This document shows, piece after piece, positions 58,941 to 64,000 of a stretch of 64,000 nt of DNA. Location of the stretch: NCBI GenBank assembly GCA_963793425.1, contig CAWCAG010000009.1:832001-896000 (forward strand), given 5' to 3'. Positions within the stretch are counted from its first letter, which is position 1. Each line of letters begins with the position of its first letter. A program made the position numbers and the translations under genes. Origin of the DNA: an uncultured cyanobacterium. Lineage in GTDB: Bacteria; Cyanobacteriota; Cyanobacteriia; Cyanobacteriales; CAWCAG01. Below the pieces are notes generated by a model, which saw only the letters and a program-made list of their open reading frames with translations, did not search any database and had not been told where the DNA came from.

Positions 58941-59570
58941 ATGAAGGCAAAAATAGGTTGTTTAGGAAGCAAATTACTAACCACTGCTGTAGCAACAGGG
59001 TTAGTTAGTTTCTTAGCACCTTCAGTTCAAGCACAGGAATTTTTTGATGGCAACGCGATCGCTTTCAATGAAGATACTATAATTGAATTTGAGTTTGTTG
59101 AATCCCATGGAGCTTACCAAGCTGCTTTAGGGGTCAGAAACGAAACAACAGGTCAAGAAACCGTATTATTCCAAGAACTTAAACCCTATGATAGCTTTGG
59201 TCAGGGAACAACAGAAAGTAGTTCTGTGGGTAATGATAACACTGGAACAGCAACAGATTTCCTGGGTTCAGTTGAAGGGGGAACCGTAGCTACGCGCTTT
59301 ACTGAATTTACCTTTGAAGCAGGAGAGCGATATTCCTTTTATTTAGTATCTGTTAGTCCCACCGGACAAACAAGTAGAACAGTTCTTTCAACCCAAAACT
59401 TTGCTCGCTTTTTCGGCAGCTTAAATGGTGGACAACAAGGAGATATTACCGGAGTGCGTCTTGGTTGGGAAGATGGTGGTAGGGTCGAAGTTGGTAACGA
59501 CAGCGATTATGATGACTTCATCATTGAAGCTGGAGGTTATTTACTAACCAATTGTCCCCCTCTACGTTAA
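58941..59570 (+). CDS. Secreted DUF4114-like protein
   Basis: Signal peptide ending VQA; FEFVESHGAYQ...LF.E.KP.D; GWED...DSDYDDFII. Confidence 0.7.
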   Translation: MKAKIGCLGSKLLTTAVATGLVSFLAPSVQAQEFFDGNAIAFNEDTIIEFEFVESHGAYQAALGVRNETTGQETVLFQELKPYDSFGQGTTESSSVGNDNTGTATDFLGSVEGGTVATRFTEFTFEAGERYSFYLVSVSPTGQTSRTVLSTQNFARFFGSLNGGQQGDITGVRLGWEDGGRVEVGNDSDYDDFIIEAGGYLLTNCPPLR

Positions 59571-59576
59571 ATTAAT

Positions 59577-59618
59577 TAAAAAGGTAGAGAGGTTTTTAAA
59601 AACTCATCTACCTTTTTA
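59577..59618. terminator. Hairpin, likely bidirectional terminator (GTAG REP-like)
   Basis: aaaaaggtagagaggttttt-aaaaactcatctaccttttt between convergent genes. Confidence 0.7.
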
Positions 59619-59645
59619 GTTTTGAACCCAATAGTTTTTCAGGCG

Positions 59646-59737
59646 ATCGCACAATAACCAATCCCAAACTTATTACTATCGCACAATAACCAATCTCAAA
59701 CTTATTACTTATTACTTATTACTTATTACTTATTACT
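59646..59737. repeat. 32-bp direct duplication starting in a HIP1 site, followed by a (TTATTAC)n heptamer run
   Basis: atcgcacaataaccaatc(c/t)caaacttattact at 59646-59677 and 59678-59709. Confidence 0.85.
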
Positions 59738-59741
59738 TTTG

Positions 59742-60143
59742 CTAGACGCTGTTCCAACAGCCTGAACTTAACCAAACTCCTTTGCCTTTCTTAACCCTTT
59801 CCAAAGTCATAAAATAAGCCCAAGCTTGACCTAAAGAATTGCCTAACAAATCGTAGACTTCAATCTGCTGACGATAATATTCATTGTCTTCCCCAGAAGC
59901 TTGAGGATTGTAACCTTCTAAATCATCTAAATCCCCTAAAATTTCTGGTTGAGCAAAAGTTAGTAAAAAACCCCTCACTTTATTCTTTCCTGGGGTCATA
60001 GCTGGATAACCTAAACAAAGATCATAAAGTTCTCCGAAAGTATAGGCTTCCTGTTGCTCAACAACTTTTTTCTGACACAAAAGCTGATAATTTATTTCTC
60101 CAGGCTTGAGAGTGCCATAAACAAAGAATCTAAGCAAATTCAT
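59742..60143 (-). CDS. Gamma-glutamylcyclotransferase (AIG2/GGACT-like)
   Basis: FVYGTLKPGE.NY, GYPAM, LD.LEGY, Y.R, AW.Y. Confidence 0.9.
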   Translation of the reverse strand: MNLLRFFVYGTLKPGEINYQLLCQKKVVEQQEAYTFGELYDLCLGYPAMTPGKNKVRGFLLTFAQPEILGDLDDLEGYNPQASGEDNEYYRQQIEVYDLLGNSLGQAWAYFMTLERVKKGKGVWLSSGCWNSV

Positions 60144-60299
60144 ACCAAACCCTATTTAGCAGCACAGGGGAACAGGGAACAGGGAAAAGGCTTTGAGTCA
60201 TTTATTCGGTCGATTTTATAGCGGATTTAGCTTAACCGGACTTGTTACCACTTGGTCAATAAGGGAATAGGGAAAGGAAGACAGAAGGCATAAATCCTA

Positions 60300-60644
60300 T
60301 TAGTAATACTCATCATCATCTGATTCCTCGTCGTCATATCCTTCATCATCATCATCAGATTCTTCATCTAACTCCCCTTTATATTCATCCTCATAGTCTC
60401 CCTCATCATCATCATCAGATTCTTCATCTAAATTCCCTTCATATTCATCCTCATAGTCTCCCTCATCATCATCACCATCATCATCAGATTCATCTTCATA
60501 CTCGTCGTCATATCCTTCCTCATCATCATCAGATTCATCTTCATACTCGTCGTCATATCCTTCCTCATCATCATATAACTCCCCTTCATAATCTTCCTGG
60601 TCGGTTATACCATTGGTCAAAACCAGTTGCTTGCTTCTATTCAT
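60300..60644 (-). CDS. Small highly acidic D/E/Y/G/S-rich tandem-repeat protein
   Basis: 114-aa ATG ORF; 45-bp repeat (DDEEGYDDEYEDESD x2) and 60-bp repeat (DDDEGDYEDEY.G.LDEESD x2), both multiples of three. Confidence 0.65.
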   Translation of the reverse strand: MNRSKQLVLTNGITDQEDYEGELYDDEEGYDDEYEDESDDDEEGYDDEYEDESDDDGDDDEGDYEDEYEGNLDEESDDDDEGDYEDEYKGELDEESDDDDEGYDDEESDDDEYY

Positions 60645-60769
60645 AAAATTCTTTAAACAAATGAATCTCTATTTTGCAGTTCAAATTTAACTTAAGATTG
60701 CTATTACTCTCAAAATACAAAGTTGAGTTAGGGGTAGCCCAACAAAACCAAATTATGGAGAAAAAAGTA

Positions 60770-62347
60770 ATGTCGCGATCGCCTCTTCCCCCATCTGTGC
60801 AAACCAAACAATTTAAGCAGCTTCAGAATCAATTACGCGATCGCTGGCAAAGTGTTGATGTATTTGATCAAGATGATTATGACATTTTGGTTATTCCTTC
60901 TTTTAGTATCGATCAACACCAAGGAGAAAAGATCCCTGGTTTTCTGCACTACGAGGAACGAATGCTTTTTTCTTTGATTCGTCTTCGCAATCCTTATACC
61001 AGACTAATTTATCTTACTGCCTTACCCTTGTCACCCTTAATTATTGAATATTATTTACAACTTTTACCAGGAATTCCTTTTTCCCATGCCCGGAATCGTC
61101 TTTTATTACTCTCTGCCGATGATGCCTCTTTCAAACCCCTTTCCCAAAAGATTTTAGAACGTCCTCGGCTCGTAGAGAGGATTCGTAAGGCTTTGCGCCC
61201 CCATAAATCTTACATGGTTTGTTTCAATTCTACTCTTTTGGAGCAAGAATTATCCTTACAATTCAACGTCCCCTTGTTGGCTTCTTCTCCGGATCTCCTC
61301 TATTGGGGTTCTAAAAGCGGTAGCCGGGAAATTTTTGCCCAATGTGATATTCCTCATCCTGATGGTACTCCCCAAGTATGGAACTCAGAAGATTTAGTAG
61401 TAGCGATTAATCAGCTTTGGCAACGCCACCCCCATTTAGCTAAGATGGTCGTTAAACTCAATGAAGGTTTTTCTGGGGAAGGAAACGCTTTATTAGATTT
61501 AAAACAGATTCAAAATTACGCCCCAAAGCAAGCCTCTCAAGCAGAAACAAGCCAAGCTATTACTAATCATCTCCCCAACCTACGCTTCCAAGCCAAAGGA
61601 GAAACCTGGTCAAACTTTCAGGAGAGTATTACTAAATTGGGAGCCATAGTTGAAGTATTTATTGAAGGAGAAATTAAGCGATCGCCAAGTGTCCAAGGTT
61701 ATATTACCCCCAATGGTGAAGTGAACATCCTCTCCACTCATGACCAAATTCTTGGGGGTGTGGATGGGCAAATCTATCTCGGTTGCAGCTTTCCTGCCGA
61801 TGCTGCTTATCGTCTGCAACTCCAAACTCTTGGTGCAAAAGTGGGTGATTTTTTAGCTGCGAAAGGGGCTTTAGAACGCTTTGGAGTTGACTTTGTAGCT
61901 GTTCAACAACAAGATAGTTGGGAAATGCAAGCCATTGAAATAAACCTTCGCAAAGGCGGTACAACTCATCCTTTCATGGCTCTCAAGCTTCTCACTAGCG
62001 GTAACTACGACTTAAGTACAGGTTTATTTTTCAGCCAAGATCATCAAGCAAAATACTACATTGCCACTGATAACTTGCAAAAAGAATCTTACCAAGGTTT
62101 ATTACCTGCTGATCTCATGGAGATTATTGCCTGCCATCGTCTCAATTTTGATAGCAGCACCAGAACAGGAAATGTTTTTCATCTTATGGGTGCGCTTTCT
62201 CAATACGGCAAATTGGGTTTAATTAGTATTGGTAACTCCAGAGAAGAAGCAGAAACTATTTATCAAGAAGTGGAAGAAGTTTTAGACAGAGAAACCCAAT
62301 CTCTTAATCCTGTTGCTAAGTCTAGTTTGCCTATTACTTGGATGTAA
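60770..62347 (+). CDS. PGM1-related ATP-grasp peptide ligase
   Basis: HYEERMLF, GSKSGSR..F, VVKLNEGFSGEGNA, SPSVQ, STHDQ.LGG, GC.FPA, FGVDF, EINLRKGGTTHP; ATG 60770 follows GGAG. Confidence 0.88.
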   Translation: MSRSPLPPSVQTKQFKQLQNQLRDRWQSVDVFDQDDYDILVIPSFSIDQHQGEKIPGFLHYEERMLFSLIRLRNPYTRLIYLTALPLSPLIIEYYLQLLPGIPFSHARNRLLLLSADDASFKPLSQKILERPRLVERIRKALRPHKSYMVCFNSTLLEQELSLQFNVPLLASSPDLLYWGSKSGSREIFAQCDIPHPDGTPQVWNSEDLVVAINQLWQRHPHLAKMVVKLNEGFSGEGNALLDLKQIQNYAPKQASQAETSQAITNHLPNLRFQAKGETWSNFQESITKLGAIVEVFIEGEIKRSPSVQGYITPNGEVNILSTHDQILGGVDGQIYLGCSFPADAAYRLQLQTLGAKVGDFLAAKGALERFGVDFVAVQQQDSWEMQAIEINLRKGGTTHPFMALKLLTSGNYDLSTGLFFSQDHQAKYYIATDNLQKESYQGLLPADLMEIIACHRLNFDSSTRTGNVFHLMGALSQYGKLGLISIGNSREEAETIYQEVEEVLDRETQSLNPVAKSSLPITWM

Positions 62348-62656
62348 TATGAAGTGGGGATATCACTCGTATATTCCCCCTCACACAGTCTATATGATAT
62401 CTTTTTATATGACGTAGATATACTGCTAATCATCTATTATTTGTTCTGTACGGGGTAAATACTTAAGAAGACTCCCTCTGATAAATAGTTGAATATAGTC
62501 AATATTTTAGTTGAGGCAGCATTTCAAAGTATTAGTGAGGACAAATAAAATTTTCTTGAGAAATACAACTTTACTCAAGATTCAAGAATAGTTGATTTTT
62601 AACAAGTCGGGGTCATACATCAGGCAACCAATATTAGGTAATTTTGGCTTAGTTTT

Positions 62657-63138
62657 ATGGCATACATACTATTTTTCCTGTCAATTGGGTTAGCTACTGC
62701 ACTAGCTTTAGTAATTAAACAACAACAACAACTCAAAAGCGAATCTTCTATAGCTCAGCAGAAATTAAAGGAAGCTGAGAATAGATTACAAGATGTCGAT
62801 AATTAGTTCTTCGCGCCTTTAACGGCGAATGTAGTGATGCTTCTGTCCCTTTTCCTTTTGATGTCCACGCTATGATTTTTTGTGAAGATGCTCCAGAGCT
62901 TGAATCTCGATTGCACAAGAATTTTAACAGTAAGAGAATGAACAAAATAAATAAGAGAAAAGAGTTTTTCCAAATATCACTGGGAGAAATAATCGAAGTT
63001 GTTCGAGAAGTAGATAAAGAACTTAAAATTTGTAAGTCAGAGATAACATTTACAAAAATTGCTGAGGCTGCTGATTACAGAAAGACTTTAGCTCAAGAGC
63101 GTGAGTTACAAAGAGATGGAGTAGCCACAGCGATTTGA
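62657..63138 (+). pseudogene. DUF4041/T5orf172 (GIY-YIG-like) gene reduced to three fragments
   Basis: 62657-62806 TM plus coiled coil; 62803-62832 LVLRAFNGEC; then in frame SDASVPFPFDVHAMIF.EDAPELE..LH..F...R.NK.N.RKEFF. Confidence 0.8.
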
Positions 63139-63169
63139 ATTCGGTTAAAGTAGAAAACAAATACTGCTC

Positions 63170-64000
63170 CTAGTTAAGCAACTGTTGCAACCTTTGCTGC
63201 AAAGCGGTGTAATTAAACTTAGCTAAAGATTGCGATCGCAACCACACACCGTTACAGCGTTGGTCATCTCCCCGCAATATCTCTAAACAAGCTTGTGCCA
63301 CAGCTTCTGGATTTCTGTGGGGGACTTGCCAGCCTAAATGCCCATCTTGTAAAGGATCTGCCGAACCATCCCTATCCCCAGAAAGGACAGGAATACCACA
63401 AGCCATTGCTTCTAAATAAACAATACCAAAACCTTCTTGAGAAGGCATAATATAAGCATCAGCCACTCGGTAATGTTCTACTAATTCTTCGGTAGGGACG
63501 AAACCAGCAAAAATTACTCGCTCTGCTACCCCCAAATCTTCAGCTAACTTTGCTAGCCGAGGCTGATCATCGCCACGTCCAATCACTAAATATTTTACTT
63601 GAGGGAATTCTGCAATAATCTTGGGTAAGGCACGGATGGTAACATCAACCCCCTTATAAATATCCCCAGACCATAACCTCGCTACAGTCATTAGTACCTG
63701 AGCATTTTCTAAACCATACCTTGTAATTAGCTTTGGGGATTTTGCTCCTGGGGTAAAAACTTCCCCATCAATGGCACAGTAGAGAAATTTCACTTGTTGG
63801 GGGTCAATCTCATTAGCTTCGCAGAGGCGATCGCGACTGTAGCGGCTAATCGTCCAAATTTCTGCGGCTTGTTGCAAGGCACGTTTTTGGTTAGGGGGCA
63901 AAGGTTCCCAAACTTCTTTGCCGTAGGTCAATACAGTATAGGGAATACCTTTAAATTTGCATAATAGCTGGATTAAAGGTGCAAGGTTAATATGACCACA
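63170..64000 (-). CDS. GT4 glycosyltransferase, runs off window end
   Basis: Frame open to 64000 (CGHINLAP...TYGKEVW); TVARL, YKGVD, EGFGIVYLEAMACG.PV. Confidence 0.92.
   Translation of the reverse strand, partial: CGHINLAPLIQLLCKFKGIPYTVLTYGKEVWEPLPPNQKRALQQAAEIWTISRYSRDRLCEANEIDPQQVKFLYCAIDGEVFTPGAKSPKLITRYGLENAQVLMTVARLWSGDIYKGVDVTIRALPKIIAEFPQVKYLVIGRGDDQPRLAKLAEDLGVAERVIFAGFVPTEELVEHYRVADAYIMPSQEGFGIVYLEAMACGIPVLSGDRDGSADPLQDGHLGWQVPHRNPEAVAQACLEILRGDDQRCNGVWLRSQSLAKFNYTALQQRLQQLLN

Larger units (their letters stand above)
757..63834. repeat. HIP1 (GCGATCGC) highly iterated palindrome throughout the window
   Basis: About 40 copies by hand count (e.g. 18421, 34881, 37301, 52981, 54781, 55177); fewer than 1 expected by chance at about 40% GC. 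Confidence 0.95.

Noticed and set aside
59646..59737. Possible mini CRISPR array (32-bp repeats)
   Set aside because: Two copies directly adjacent with no spacer and no cas genes; it is a tandem duplication.
60300..60590. 45/60-bp periodic repeats as a CRISPR or ncRNA array
   Set aside because: Low-complexity, codon-phased repeats with no unique spacers; explained by the acidic ORF.
60674..60769. N-terminal extension of the ATP-grasp ORF from the TTG start
   Set aside because: It would leave only 29 bp for two divergent promoters; ATG 60770 (or 60755) has better RBS context.
62348..62656. AT-rich intergenic stretch as an RNA gene or att site
   Set aside because: Only a weak hairpin at about 62354-62384; no tRNA, integrase or direct-repeat partner seen.

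Overview
Cyanobacterial chromosomal DNA of roughly 40% GC by eye. The HIP1 octamer GCGATCGC occurs about 40 times by hand count, heptamer tandem repeats are common, and cyanobacterial genes such as cugP-like, cpeR, DUF3146 and mntCAB with ManR boxes are present. Core genes (ctaA-type Cu ATPase, ftsI, rpe, argS, pdxJ, gloB, mntCAB, recJ, tatA) look intact. The most distinctive pattern is that accessory genes appear cut by internal deletions, several in frame and some leaving only 10-30 nt islands. This affects a collapsed copper island (multicopper oxidase, CopB-type ATPase, CopR/RppA regulator fused to a beta-barrel tail, permease), an Rpn nuclease, a DUF4041/T5orf172 gene, a Type IIG/ISP-like R-M enzyme, an IS transposase and a kinase-tail fragment. 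Candidate undescribed systems are (i) a PGM1-like ATP-grasp ligase next to a tandem-repeat D/E/Y-rich small protein and a gamma-glutamylcyclotransferase, (ii) an ABC exporter with a histidine-kinase-like DHp tail, (iii) an orphan WGR-HEAT protein behind a LexA-like box and a hairpin-rich leader, and (iv) a three-gene secreted beta-barrel/DUF4114 operon. Small dispersed two-hairpin repeats and MITE-like elements occur throughout and supply the ends of several genes. I saw no CRISPR array, rRNA, tRNA or reverse transcriptase. All family assignments come from motif recognition, not database searches.
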